From the IMG/VR virus record IMGVR_UViG_3300034375_003182, positions 18,756-82,755 of that record: DNA of 64,000 nt; one strand, written 5' to 3'. The first letter of the stretch is position 1, and each line of letters starts with the position of its first letter. A program made the position numbers and the translations under genes. The stretch comes from a virus. The notes beneath the pieces are model-generated. The model was not told where the DNA came from and did not search any database. It worked only from the letters and a program-made list of their open reading frames with translations. Below, piece by piece: positions 21,197 through 31,556 of this stretch.

Positions 21197-23863
21197 TTAA
21201 ATATATTTTTTAACTCCGCCGTACATAGCGCTTTGTTGCTCTTGCTGATTCTTAAGCATTTGCATGTAGTAATCCTGAACTGCCTTCTTATACTCTGCAC
21301 TGCTCGGATCTAGACCAAGACTATCTTGTACCATCTTTCCAATCTGCTCTCTTGTATATACACCCGTGCCTCCAGAGATAGCTCGTGCTAATCTTTCTTG
21401 AGCATCATACTTAAGCCTATCAGTATTCATAGTAGCCATAGATTTAAACGCATTGTCTAACGCCATCAACTTTCTATCTTCTACTGCAGCATCAGCAGAT
21501 CTGTTAAACTCATCAGTATACATAGCATTCTTTATGTTGTTTAATCTAGCTTGCTGGTTAGCCATCTTAGTTTGCATAGCTATTTGAGCTTCTTGATTAC
21601 CAATCTCAGTGTTTACTCTAGATTCTTGTGCAGCAATCTTTAAATCGCCAGTCTGCTTACGTCCATAAGCTGCCATCTTAGCAATGATACCAGCTGGTCC
21701 AATACCACTAGTCTCAATAAATCTGTTCATAGCCCTAGCGTCAGCTGCATTCTGAGCACGCTCTGTGTTATAACTTACTCTATCTAATCTTTCAGCTCTT
21801 ATGTTATTAACCTTTCCAGGTTCAGACATGTACTTAGGCTTAGTAGCAAATGCTGCGGCTGCAGGTATAAGCTGACCTATCTGTGCTGCACTTGTAAGTA
21901 GATCACTGTTCTTTAAACCTTTCTTAAACTGATCTTTAAGGTACTCACCCCTAGGTAATACTCTCTTCTTTTTCTTTTGATTATCATCATCTTTCAAGTC
22001 ATCAGGCAACACAGCCGGTATTAACTTAATCTCAGACTCTGGAAGATCTATCTTATCAATTGTCTTAGGCTCAATATACTCTATAGTCTCTTCTTTTCTT
22101 TTATTAGTGTTAGTAGTAGTAGACTTCTTTTCCTCTTTCTTTTCCTCTTCAGGTTTTACATACACACCATTTTCAGCATCCCATATATACCCCTGATTTA
22201 TCATATTAAAATGCTCTTCTCTTTGTCTACGAGCTTCATCAGTCATAAAACTTTCTGTTTCATCATCCCAGGACACAGGACTGTCTACAGTATTATATGA
22301 GGTTTGTGTAAAGTCCATAAACTCTCCTCCCTTATTATACATATTGTATCCACCTGCTCCTAGTTTTACAGCATTAGGATCTCTACCTGCTTTATCTTCT
22401 TGTAGCTTGGCTAGAGCATCAACATCTCTTTGACTTCCACCATTCTTTAATATCTCTTTATGTCTCTGTGCAAATGACTTACCTCCCATCTTTAAGTGTT
22501 GTGAGAAGAAGTAATCTCTTTTACCGCCCTTCTTAGCTATAGTAACTTGATCCATAGTCTCTCCACCTTCTACTTCAGTCATAGGATCTACCATGATACC
22601 ACCCTCATCGTGTGATTGTCCTTTAAACTCTACAGCATCAGATCCTGGTATAGGATTCATACTACCACCCGGTAGCTGTACACCACCCATTTGATAGTAA
22701 CCACCATACTTAGCTACATCAGTACCAAAATCAAAGCCTGAATATTCTTTAGACTTCATTTCCTCTATTTTTCTTTTTGATGCTAGTTTTCCTAACTCTC
22801 TCTTCTTTTTATCTTCAGCTTTTCCTTCTTCTCTTCTAGCTTTACCTCTTTGTATAAGTCCTTTACCTAAACCATATATAGCACCACCTACAACACCAGC
22901 TGCTGTACCTACAGGTCCTAATGATGATCCCAGTAATGCTGCAGTTGACATAGCTGCACCAATACCTGTGCCTATACCTGATAGTCCAGATCCAATAGTT
23001 TCACCTGTATTCATTGTAGTAGCATCTTGATCATCAGATGCCATCTTAATACCCTCACCTGCAAGTGATGCAATAGCTCCAACGCCACCCATGCCTATAC
23101 CTGCTCCTGCTCCGGCAGCAGTGCTAGTTGTAGCCTGTGCTAACTGGGCAGTTCCTTCTTGTGCAGCTTTCATACCTGCAGTTTGTACACCTGTAACTAC
23201 TTTAGGTGCTACCTTTTGAAATGCTCCAGGTGCTGCTTGTTCTAAGGCTGCCTGTGTAGTTTTAGTACCAACTACTTTAGCAGCTTCTTTTGCAGCTAAG
23301 TCTTTAGCTTTTTGAGCAGCTTTTTCAATACCCTTTTGTTTAAGCTTATCAAATACTCCAAGCTTGTCTAGTCCTTTTACACCTTGTGATAGCCCTTGTT
23401 CTATACCACTAATAGTAGAAGCTTGCTTTTGAACTTCTGCTTCTGCTTCATCTTGATACTTTGTAGACTCTTGAGCTTCTTTTAGCTCATCTTCCAATGC
23501 TTTTAGTTTAGCAGGGTCTGCTTCCGTGTAAGTAATTGACGCAGTCTCTGGAGCACCAGGCATGGTATTAGCTCCATACATAGGTGCAGCTCCTAAGCCA
23601 CCTGCTTGGTAATAACCCATACGCTTCATAAAATCATTCTTGTCACTCTTAGGGTATCCGCCTTCCTTTTTTTGATCTACTTTAGGAATGCTTGGAGGAA
23701 CTGTATATGTGTACTTCTTGGTAGTTTTATTATAAGTAAGAACTGCGTTCTTTGGTATTCTACCATTAAACCTATTCTGAAGTTTCTTTCTAACAAGTGC
23801 TTGATCGTTTGCGCTTACTCTTATTGTGTCGTTACCACCACCATTATTATTTTTCTTTGCCAT
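21197..23863 (-). CDS. Putative ejected cargo / DNA-delivery protein with Gly-zipper membrane segments
   Basis: 888 aa right after the muzzle gene; Gly/Ala-rich hydrophobic stretch (GSSLGPVGTAAGVVGGAIYGLG), GQSHDEGGI..EVEGGE motif, many xxxGG motifs. Confidence 0.65.
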   Translation of the reverse strand: MAKKNNNGGGNDTIRVSANDQALVRKKLQNRFNGRIPKNAVLTYNKTTKKYTYTVPPSIPKVDQKKEGGYPKSDKNDFMKRMGYYQAGGLGAAPMYGANTMPGAPETASITYTEADPAKLKALEDELKEAQESTKYQDEAEAEVQKQASTISGIEQGLSQGVKGLDKLGVFDKLKQKGIEKAAQKAKDLAAKEAAKVVGTKTTQAALEQAAPGAFQKVAPKVVTGVQTAGMKAAQEGTAQLAQATTSTAAGAGAGIGMGGVGAIASLAGEGIKMASDDQDATTMNTGETIGSGLSGIGTGIGAAMSTAALLGSSLGPVGTAAGVVGGAIYGLGKGLIQRGKARREEGKAEDKKKRELGKLASKRKIEEMKSKEYSGFDFGTDVAKYGGYYQMGGVQLPGGSMNPIPGSDAVEFKGQSHDEGGIMVDPMTEVEGGETMDQVTIAKKGGKRDYFFSQHLKMGGKSFAQRHKEILKNGGSQRDVDALAKLQEDKAGRDPNAVKLGAGGYNMYNKGGEFMDFTQTSYNTVDSPVSWDDETESFMTDEARRQREEHFNMINQGYIWDAENGVYVKPEEEKKEEKKSTTTNTNKRKEETIEYIEPKTIDKIDLPESEIKLIPAVLPDDLKDDDNQKKKKRVLPRGEYLKDQFKKGLKNSDLLTSAAQIGQLIPAAAAFATKPKYMSEPGKVNNIRAERLDRVSYNTERAQNAADARAMNRFIETSGIGPAGIIAKMAAYGRKQTGDLKIAAQESRVNTEIGNQEAQIAMQTKMANQQARLNNIKNAMYTDEFNRSADAAVEDRKLMALDNAFKSMATMNTDRLKYDAQERLARAISGGTGVYTREQIGKMVQDSLGLDPSSAEYKKAVQDYYMQMLKNQQEQQSAMYGGVKKYI

Positions 23864-23865
23864 AA

Positions 23866-26800
23866 CTATCTATAGAATTTTTTTGCAGCCACTTCGGTGG
23901 AATACAAATTTATTAATTTTTTTGTAATATTGTCGTATTTTAAGCGAATTCCTATCCATTTATCTGAGAACTTACGTTGATTGTTCCACACTTTTCCTGC
24001 ATCTATAAAAGCATTGTTTACAGTTTCGCTCATGCCGTCTATGTTAAACATGGGTGAAATGGTTCCAGAAGTTAAACTACTTGTTATATTTGTACCCGCA
24101 ACACTTGCACCTGGTACGCCAAAGTTAGATCCTGCTCCTGCGGCTACTGGTGTGTTTACCAAGGCTGCCATATCCCTAAACTTATTTATTTTCCATGCAT
24201 TACCTATGCGTCTAGTGTTTATCATATACTCTATATCTAGTTCTCCAGATATTTGATGAGTATCATAAACATAGAAACTACTAAAGCCTTGATCATGTAT
24301 CAAAACATTATTAGTATTATATACATCTATCATGTACTCAAAGCTATAAAAAGTCTTATCTAAGTTTTTACCTGAGTTATATATAAACTCAAACTCTGAT
24401 GCATAGTCTGTACCATAAAACTTTCCTCTGTTAAGCTCATCATTATGTACCCATATACCTGTAGACCCTTCAGTAAATGAAGCTAACTCGTCTGCAGATC
24501 TAGTATATTTGTAAGGCACATAATCGTGGAATGATACCCACACATTTAGTTCTACATCATATGATACAGTCCAACCTGAGTTCTTAAAGAATGTAAAATT
24601 ATCAAATTTTATTATAAGACCACCTTGTCTAAATCTATGGATACTAGAATCATATATAATATTACCTAAATTATATTGATTTATAAAAGTTTTAGTAGGT
24701 TTTAAATCTCTCTTAGTTAGTATTACCCTGTCATATCTCTCATCATACATTGCATGAAAACCTATACCAATAATAGGATTATCAAAGTAACTAGTATCTA
24801 AACCGTATTGCTCTAATGCAAATGGAATATTATCTTGAAACCATGACTCTAACCCGGTCTTGCCTATGTCATACAGCTGATCTTTAAACATAAACACTCT
24901 ACGATTTCTATAGTCCATAGTAAAGTATCCGTGCTTAGTCACCATACATACCCACTGTGATTGTGTACCTCCATAACCAAACTTTGTTTGTATAACCTCA
25001 TCCGGGTCTTGTGTAAATATATCACCACTACCTACAAAAGACTCTGTACCATCTGACATTTGTAGTGATTGTTTACCCTTAGTTCTAAATAAACTATCTG
25101 TTGTATGTAAGTATAGTAAGTTATTAAGACTTATAAGCTTCCATAAATCACCTCTGTTACGTGGTAAGTCTTTGAATTGTAATGCTAAGTGTACACGATA
25201 GTTATCTATAAGACTTGAGTTGTCAGCTTTTGCAGATCTTTGTACTCTTGTTTTAAATATGCTAGGATCAGACTCTCTTAATGGGTATGGTATAGCAGGC
25301 TTTATATCTGCAATGCCCAAAGAGAATGATTCATCATATTTCATATTATCTTTCTTAGTAAGATCTATTTCAGCTTTTAGTGCTAATATTTTTCTTGCTG
25401 GAGATCCTGGAAAATATGAGCTATCTTTATCTGTTTCGTGTCTAAAGTTTATGTTATCTGTAGATTCACATATTGTATAAAGTATAGATTTATGATCTCT
25501 AGGGTTTGTACCAGCTACTTCAGGCCTGTGTGTTATACGATACCCATGTCTACATATAAAAGTATCTCCTCCAAATATATCTCCTGTATTGTGAGTAGCT
25601 CCCACAGTAGATGTATTATCATCTTCAACAGTGTAGTTAGCTAAATTATCAACGCCAAGTACTTCAAAACCTGTCCACACTAATTCTTGTGTATCATAAG
25701 AAAGATACATATCTGTTTTAAATGCATTAAGATTATGCAATTCCAGTCTAGGCATAGTATGATTCTCATATGAAAATCCTTGACCAGACGCAGGAGTTTG
25801 GTGCCATACGGCTCCTCCACCTGCCGGAGTAAAATTATAAATAGGGGTTCTACTAGGATTATATGCTAACAGTATAGAACTTTCACCTCCTATATTATAT
25901 ATCCTTTTACCAAAACCTATTCCTCTACCATCATATATAGAGTCACCATTTAAGTATGTTTTACATTTTTCTCTCAATGGAAAGTGTTGGAATGGTTGAT
26001 TATTAGCTGTAAAATTAAAATAGTCTGTTCCTATATGCAGAGCAGGATAACTCATCCCTAATAGACATTCATCTCCTATATCATCAGTCACATCTGCATA
26101 TCTATCACCTGGACCTAAAAATGATCTTACATCTACAAAATATTCTTTACTAGTATGAGTTGCTGGAACTAAACTATTTCTTCTGTTTAATAAATAAAAA
26201 TCATGAAAAGTAGCTGTATTAACAGTTCCGTCATATAAAGATCCTGCAGATAATATAAAATCTTCAGTAGATCCATTACCGCTTATAGAAGTATTACCAG
26301 TACCACATCCTGCAATATCCCAACCATCAGCATCATTAGCTCTTTTTATAAGATCCTGACCTAGTACTCTTCTATTCTCATGCTTCCTTTCTGCATAGTA
26401 TATCCTAAATCCTTGTACTTTATCTGCTATAGTTTTTGGTATTTTTATATCCTGAAGTCTTATTCCTAGTGCTTGTACTTCATGTGATATAAAACCGTTT
26501 TGTGTAACAGCTGGGTATGTAACCTGCCAAACAAATATTGCATAGTTTGTTTGTCCTGGTACTTCATCCTCTCCATCACCTCCACTACCATACTCAGTAT
26601 AAGGTTCACTAGGTGGAGTTTGATCTATCCTAACCTGATCTGTTCCAGGCAAGTACTCTGTAACAATTGCGCTGGTTCCACCTGAAGTATTGATACTACC
26701 ATCAGGACCATCTGCAAACATGTAGTATCCTGTTACACCTTCTAAACTTTGGCTAGGAGCTTGATATTGCCAATTACTATAGTTACCAAAAACTCCTGAT

Positions 26801-28764
26801 ATATAATTAAAAGCATTATCATATCCTACAGGCCATCCAGATTCATTGTTTGCGCTATAATCAAAGCTTGTTATACATGTTGTACTATGAGTGCCGTGAT
26901 TCATTAGAAGATTATCATTAGACTGACCTGACCCAGCTCCGTTCTCTACACCCCCTTGTGCACTCCCTCCTGGAGTATTAGGGTTACAATCACCAACTGC
27001 AAAGTAATAAGTCTCAGTATAAGTGTCTGCAGAAGGTATAAAAGTTCCTGTATTACCAGCTATTACTTCTCTACCACTATTAGTATTACAAGGCATATGG
27101 TGGTGCCTAACATTACTACCTTTAAGATCTTCTACTATAACTCCAGGATTATTAGCGTCAATCATTTCATAGTCATCCGTACTAGGATAGAATTCATTTC
27201 TGTTTTCCCAAAAATTTGTGTTTCTATTACCAAATATAGAAAAGTCATAAAAGTGAAATAGCTTACCTTGTCCTTGTGTTAAGTCTGTTAAGTCTGGATC
27301 ATTTACATCATCATCCTCATTTACAGTTAATCCATTCAAAAACGATACGCCCGTGTTTGGGTCTTGATCTACTTTTCTAACTTGAGATCCTGTTTGATTT
27401 GTAAGTCTTGATCTACCTGGTATGTGGTAAGCATATGACATGCTACCATCATTTAATACGAATGATATATAAAATGCATACACTTCATCTCTTGTATATC
27501 CTTTCTTGTTTTGATTTCTAGATGAAAGATTATCTATATCTCTAAAACCCATGTTCTTTACTATTGATGGGTCAGGCTCTGTATCTAAATACCCATAGTC
27601 TAAGTTATCAGCCGTTAACTCATAAGAATCAAAAGGGTCTAGCGGGTCAGAAACTGTTGTCGTAAGCTTAATAAAGTTAGCATATTTCTGATAGCCTATA
27701 TCTTTAGTGCCTGCAAGGTTACCTAAATAGAGTATACTATCTAATTGTGTCAATGTCTTAGCAGTATCATAAGCCACAGTATCTATAATCGCTTCTTCTA
27801 CTGATGAAGACTGGTAGCCTTCTAAACCTGAAAACACTATAGTTCCTGTATTACCGCTTACATCTACATCATTAAGTTTAAAAGCAAACTCAGCGGGAGC
27901 GCCTTCTTTATCTAACGTTCTATGTACTACTATAGGTCTAAGAAATTCATAATCTGTATTTAGATTAGTTACATTCCAAACAATACTTTTTCCTGTTTGT
28001 GTATCTGGCTCGCAGCCATCATACCTTTCTATGGGCCTAACACTCTCATCATCTTCCACAATGGGTACCGTCAATGAATAAGACACAAAGTTTGTTTGTG
28101 TAAAGTTTTTATCTACATACGCTAAAAATAAAGTATATGTTCCTGACTTTAATGCGCCGCCATTAGCTATTCTGGTAAAAGATATGCTAGGCACAGGGCC
28201 TGCATGTGGAAACAAATTAAGCCTATCTATGTAATTTTTGTTAGGAGATGTAAAAGGATTTACACCATATATTCTAGCGGTAGTGCTTTCGTTTATTTGT
28301 CTTGTAATATTTAGTGATCTAGGAGGATTATTATTATCTGTCCAGTATACTATAAGATTGTTATCTGGATCAAACTTATATGTTCCTTCTATAGGGTAAT
28401 CCCAACTAAATTTTAAATCAAAGTCTGCATCACTACCCCCAGCATTTATTGGGTGAGCAGGGTTAATTACAGGCTCAGTTCTTAATACAAGATTTACAGA
28501 ATCTGTACTAGCAGCATAGATATATATGTGATGAACATCACTATTATCTGTAGTAAATAGAACTACAGTATCATCTGTAACTTCAATACTACCTATAACT
28601 TTATGTCCATTTGCTATAGCTGAGTTAACACTTATGTTACCAGGCTCATTAGATAATGCACCAGCAGTTTCATTAGATAGCATATTCTTAGCATATCTGT
28701 ATGATCCTTCTGGCTGATCTACTGGAGCTGTGTCTTTATTTAATCCTTTTATATACTTAGCCAT
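23866..28764 (-). CDS. Tail stabilization / muzzle protein (P22 gp10-like, crAss type)
   Basis: 1632 aa; N-terminal KGLNKD...P.GSYRYAKN, YWTDNNNPPRSLNI, RDEVYAFYI, WVSFHDY motifs; follows tail tubular gene. Confidence 0.85.
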   Translation of the reverse strand: MAKYIKGLNKDTAPVDQPEGSYRYAKNMLSNETAGALSNEPGNISVNSAIANGHKVIGSIEVTDDTVVLFTTDNSDVHHIYIYAASTDSVNLVLRTEPVINPAHPINAGGSDADFDLKFSWDYPIEGTYKFDPDNNLIVYWTDNNNPPRSLNITRQINESTTARIYGVNPFTSPNKNYIDRLNLFPHAGPVPSISFTRIANGGALKSGTYTLFLAYVDKNFTQTNFVSYSLTVPIVEDDESVRPIERYDGCEPDTQTGKSIVWNVTNLNTDYEFLRPIVVHRTLDKEGAPAEFAFKLNDVDVSGNTGTIVFSGLEGYQSSSVEEAIIDTVAYDTAKTLTQLDSILYLGNLAGTKDIGYQKYANFIKLTTTVSDPLDPFDSYELTADNLDYGYLDTEPDPSIVKNMGFRDIDNLSSRNQNKKGYTRDEVYAFYISFVLNDGSMSYAYHIPGRSRLTNQTGSQVRKVDQDPNTGVSFLNGLTVNEDDDVNDPDLTDLTQGQGKLFHFYDFSIFGNRNTNFWENRNEFYPSTDDYEMIDANNPGVIVEDLKGSNVRHHHMPCNTNSGREVIAGNTGTFIPSADTYTETYYFAVGDCNPNTPGGSAQGGVENGAGSGQSNDNLLMNHGTHSTTCITSFDYSANNESGWPVGYDNAFNYISGVFGNYSNWQYQAPSQSLEGVTGYYMFADGPDGSINTSGGTSAIVTEYLPGTDQVRIDQTPPSEPYTEYGSGGDGEDEVPGQTNYAIFVWQVTYPAVTQNGFISHEVQALGIRLQDIKIPKTIADKVQGFRIYYAERKHENRRVLGQDLIKRANDADGWDIAGCGTGNTSISGNGSTEDFILSAGSLYDGTVNTATFHDFYLLNRRNSLVPATHTSKEYFVDVRSFLGPGDRYADVTDDIGDECLLGMSYPALHIGTDYFNFTANNQPFQHFPLREKCKTYLNGDSIYDGRGIGFGKRIYNIGGESSILLAYNPSRTPIYNFTPAGGGAVWHQTPASGQGFSYENHTMPRLELHNLNAFKTDMYLSYDTQELVWTGFEVLGVDNLANYTVEDDNTSTVGATHNTGDIFGGDTFICRHGYRITHRPEVAGTNPRDHKSILYTICESTDNINFRHETDKDSSYFPGSPARKILALKAEIDLTKKDNMKYDESFSLGIADIKPAIPYPLRESDPSIFKTRVQRSAKADNSSLIDNYRVHLALQFKDLPRNRGDLWKLISLNNLLYLHTTDSLFRTKGKQSLQMSDGTESFVGSGDIFTQDPDEVIQTKFGYGGTQSQWVCMVTKHGYFTMDYRNRRVFMFKDQLYDIGKTGLESWFQDNIPFALEQYGLDTSYFDNPIIGIGFHAMYDERYDRVILTKRDLKPTKTFINQYNLGNIIYDSSIHRFRQGGLIIKFDNFTFFKNSGWTVSYDVELNVWVSFHDYVPYKYTRSADELASFTEGSTGIWVHNDELNRGKFYGTDYASEFEFIYNSGKNLDKTFYSFEYMIDVYNTNNVLIHDQGFSSFYVYDTHQISGELDIEYMINTRRIGNAWKINKFRDMAALVNTPVAAGAGSNFGVPGASVAGTNITSSLTSGTISPMFNIDGMSETVNNAFIDAGKVWNNQRKFSDKWIGIRLKYDNITKKLINLYSTEVAAKKFYR

Positions 28765-29714
28765 TAACCTCTATATAAAGTTTCTCTTTCATTTAATTCT
28801 TCAAAGAAACATGCGTGCCTATTAATATCTGGTACAAGTCTAACCCATTGATTCATATAAGACTCGTATTTTTCTATGTCTGGGTAGTTAGCTGCATTTC
28901 TAGCTTGAGTACAATAGTACTGCCATTTCTGATCTGCAAAGTTATAATCTATCTTATTGTTAGGCTTGTCGTATCCACCTAATAACATTTGTTTGTATAT
29001 ATACCAGAACATAGCTTCTTTATAACTTATGTCATCTGGCACCATTGGAAAACAATCATCATCTATTGGAAATGCTGTATAGCTTATACAAACTTTACCA
29101 GAAGCAAAAGATGTTTTTATATAATCACAATCCACTATATAACTAGATATGTGGTTTGAGTATTCATTTACGCAATCGTCACAGTGCATAGATTTATGGA
29201 AGGTGCTAGCACTATAGCTCAAAGGCTGTAGGCCCACACCTCCATTATCAGTATTAAAAAATATCCCCTCTAAAACGGTTATCCTACTGATTAGTTCTCT
29301 TAGTTCTGCTACGTTAGCTTTATATTGTGTGTCATATACATTCAAGTCTGCATTGGTAATACTGCTACTATTTGCAACATCATCCTCAAGAGTGCTATTA
29401 TATTCTGCTATTTCAGCTCGTAGTTTACGAACCTGCTCTGTCAATACATCTAACTCCTCACTTGCTTCAGGAGTAGAACTTGTACTGATAGCTACTTGAT
29501 TTATAAAATACAAGTCGCCTGGTAAACATGCTTTGTGATCTTCAATAGTAAGAACACACTGCTTCTGACACAGCTGTGAAGCTGCACCTATATGCTCTAA
29601 AGCTTCTCCCATCCACTCTATTGCATCATCTATCCATTCATCCCCAGTAGGCTTCAAATCTCTGAAAACCTTTCTAATAATCATCTTACTTGATATGTTC
29701 TTATATACTGCCAT
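28764..29714 (-). CDS. Tail tubular / ring protein (P22 gp4-like, crAss type)
   Basis: IEWMGEALEHIG, KACLPGDL, YIKTSF..G.V.ISY.AFP.DDDCFPMVPD, W..YC.QAR motifs; position before muzzle. Confidence 0.8.
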   Translation of the reverse strand: MAVYKNISSKMIIRKVFRDLKPTGDEWIDDAIEWMGEALEHIGAASQLCQKQCVLTIEDHKACLPGDLYFINQVAISTSSTPEASEELDVLTEQVRKLRAEIAEYNSTLEDDVANSSSITNADLNVYDTQYKANVAELRELISRITVLEGIFFNTDNGGVGLQPLSYSASTFHKSMHCDDCVNEYSNHISSYIVDCDYIKTSFASGKVCISYTAFPIDDDCFPMVPDDISYKEAMFWYIYKQMLLGGYDKPNNKIDYNFADQKWQYYCTQARNAANYPDIEKYESYMNQWVRLVPDINRHACFFEELNERETLYRG

Positions 29715-29716
29715 GT

Positions 29717-29989
29717 TTATCTCCAGTTACTACAGCTACCACAGTTCCATGCACGTAGCGATTTATTAATTCTTGAATTAGGATCTCTTTGACCTTTAGC
29801 TCCTGTACGCTTAGATTTCATACCGCACATTCTACTACAGAAGCTAGAACGTCTTTTGTTTCCCTTCTTCTTACTAGGAGCTTTCAAGTTACCTCCTGTT
29901 GATCTATTGTAAGAAGCTCTACCTGCAGCGTTTAATCCGCCGCTAGGGTTCTTGCCTGCTTTTCTTGTCCATGCCGCTGTCTTTGCCAT
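29717..29989 (-). CDS. Small basic protein (DUF6321-like)
   Basis: W.RK.GKNP.GGLN..GRASY...RR.SFC.RM.GMK...DPNSRINKSLR.W.C pattern known from marine phages. Confidence 0.7.
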   Translation of the reverse strand: MAKTAAWTRKAGKNPSGGLNAAGRASYNRSTGGNLKAPSKKKGNKRRSSFCSRMCGMKSKRTGAKGQRDPNSRINKSLRAWNCGSCSNWR

Positions 29990-29991
29990 AA

Positions 29992-30282
29992 TTATATTCT
30001 TGCTGGTCCAGGTAATATAAATCCACCACCCTTTGCACGTTTAACTTTCTTTTTCTTTTTATATCTACTAACTCTACCTTTAGTATTCTTCTCTTTCTGC
30101 GCTGCTGCTTTCTCAGATTTTGACAATTCAGACCATGTAGATGGTGTATCCTTAGATATACGTCTAGTAGGTCTAAATGTATTTTCACCTTTAGAGTAAT
30201 CCTTCTTACCACTAGGTGTTGTCCACTTCTCTTTAAACCAACGCTTTAATCTAGCGCCTGCAGCAGTCTTTCTTACAGCCAT
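29992..30282 (-). CDS. Small basic protein (DUF5872-like)
   Basis: LKRWFKEKW...RPTRRISKDTP.T.SEL pattern; very Lys/Arg rich. Confidence 0.65.
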   Translation of the reverse strand: MAVRKTAAGARLKRWFKEKWTTPSGKKDYSKGENTFRPTRRISKDTPSTWSELSKSEKAAAQKEKNTKGRVSRYKKKKKVKRAKGGGFILPGPARI

Positions 30283-30485
30283 TACTTCTTCTTTTTAAGA
30301 GTACGGCTACTTCCGTAAGTATCAGATAGAATACTATTAGCTATTCCACCATGCTTTTTCTTTTTACTATTTCCCCAGTTAGCAGCTCCAACCTTACGAC
30401 ACTTAGCCATTGCACCACTTCTGTATGCAGACGTCTTAGGACCGTAACGGGCTACAACTTTATGATAACACGCGTCTTTTGGCAT
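30282..30485 (-). CDS. Small basic protein
   Basis: DACYHKV.ARY...SAY.SGA..KCRKVGAANWGN pattern familiar from marine phage proteins; stop overlaps next start. Confidence 0.65.
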   Translation of the reverse strand: MPKDACYHKVVARYGPKTSAYRSGAMAKCRKVGAANWGNSKKKKHGGIANSILSDTYGSSRTLKKKK

Positions 30486-30487
30486 CT

Positions 30488-30952
30488 CTAATTCTTTTTA
30501 AATTTTAAATAATCTAGTTCGTCTAACTCCTTCAGTTTACCTTTGTTACCCTTCACTCCTCGTGTAGCATCAAATCTGTAAACTGTTTTGTTCTTTACTT
30601 TGCACTTACCCTTACGCCAGTAGTATTTAAGATACTCACTGTCCGTGTAGTATATGTGCCATTTGACACCGTCTCCAGTGTCCTTATCAAAAAGCTCATC
30701 ACCATTTGCCAGCAACTCAGCTTTATACTTATTTGATTCACCCCAATCTATGCCAGGGTTTCTTGGATCTCTCTCCATTCTTACGATGGAAAGAGTTGAT
30801 AGGTTATAACCCATATTAAACTCTTTACCATCTAGAATGTAATCTATAATCATCATGTTAAACTCACTGCATATATCAACAAAAGTTTGTTTAGATACAC
30901 TGCTGTCAGTTTCTACATAGTCATTGTATATATGAGAAATCGTGTGCTGCAC
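30488..30952 (-). CDS. Divergent IHF/HU-like protein (conserved crAss structural-module gene)
   Basis: 154 aa; DICSEFN..I.DYILDG.EF.M...L..L.I...IDWGES...W.K...Y.F..TR pattern; typical location near ring/tubular genes. Confidence 0.55.
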   Translation of the reverse strand: MQHTISHIYNDYVETDSSVSKQTFVDICSEFNMMIIDYILDGKEFNMGYNLSTLSIVRMERDPRNPGIDWGESNKYKAELLANGDELFDKDTGDGVKWHIYYTDSEYLKYYWRKGKCKVKNKTVYRFDATRGVKGNKGKLKELDELDYLKFKKN

Positions 30953-31533
30953 TAATCTCTGTCTAAATCAAATACAGGCATTTCTAAAAATCCACCAGTC
31001 TTGTACATAGCTGCGGATAGTCTTGCTGCTGCGCCTTGTACACCTTTTTTAGTAGCTTTTCTTTGTTTTCTAGCAGCCTTCTTTAACTTACCTTGAGCAG
31101 TAGCTTGATCACCAGCTAGTCGTTTTCTAGAAGCAGCTTTCATTTTTCTATCTGCTCTTTTATTAAGACCTTTTGCCACACGCTCTCTTTTATTCTGACC
31201 TCTCTGCTCTTTTCTAGCTTCCTTCTGACCTGAACGCATTTCCTTTCTATCTTCCTTTTGCTGCTTCTTAAGGTCCTTCATTAGTCCACCTTTTTTAGCC
31301 AATAACTTAGGCTTATTATCTACTCCAATAGCCGGCTGTTTTACAAATGGTTTCTTCTTACCTTTGGCCTGCTTCTTATCCTTTACAGCATTTTTCATAG
31401 GCTCTTTCTTATTGCCGTCTTTATCCATATCAAGATAATCAGGCTTAGCTCCGCCAGCCTTCATCATTTTCTTTTTACCACCGTACATCATCATCTTTTT
31501 CTTAGATCCTCCGTACATCATTTTCTTTCTCAT
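30952..31533 (-). CDS. Very basic low-complexity protein (possible core/DNA-condensing protein)
   Basis: 193 aa, Lys/Arg/Met rich; tandem KKMM(M)YGG repeats; KPDYLDMDKDGNKKEPM (DxDxDG loop). Confidence 0.65.
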   Translation of the reverse strand: MRKKMMYGGSKKKMMMYGGKKKMMKAGGAKPDYLDMDKDGNKKEPMKNAVKDKKQAKGKKKPFVKQPAIGVDNKPKLLAKKGGLMKDLKKQQKEDRKEMRSGQKEARKEQRGQNKRERVAKGLNKRADRKMKAASRKRLAGDQATAQGKLKKAARKQRKATKKGVQGAAARLSAAMYKTGGFLEMPVFDLDRD

Positions 31534-31556
31534 TTTAAAAATATTTATAATTATAG

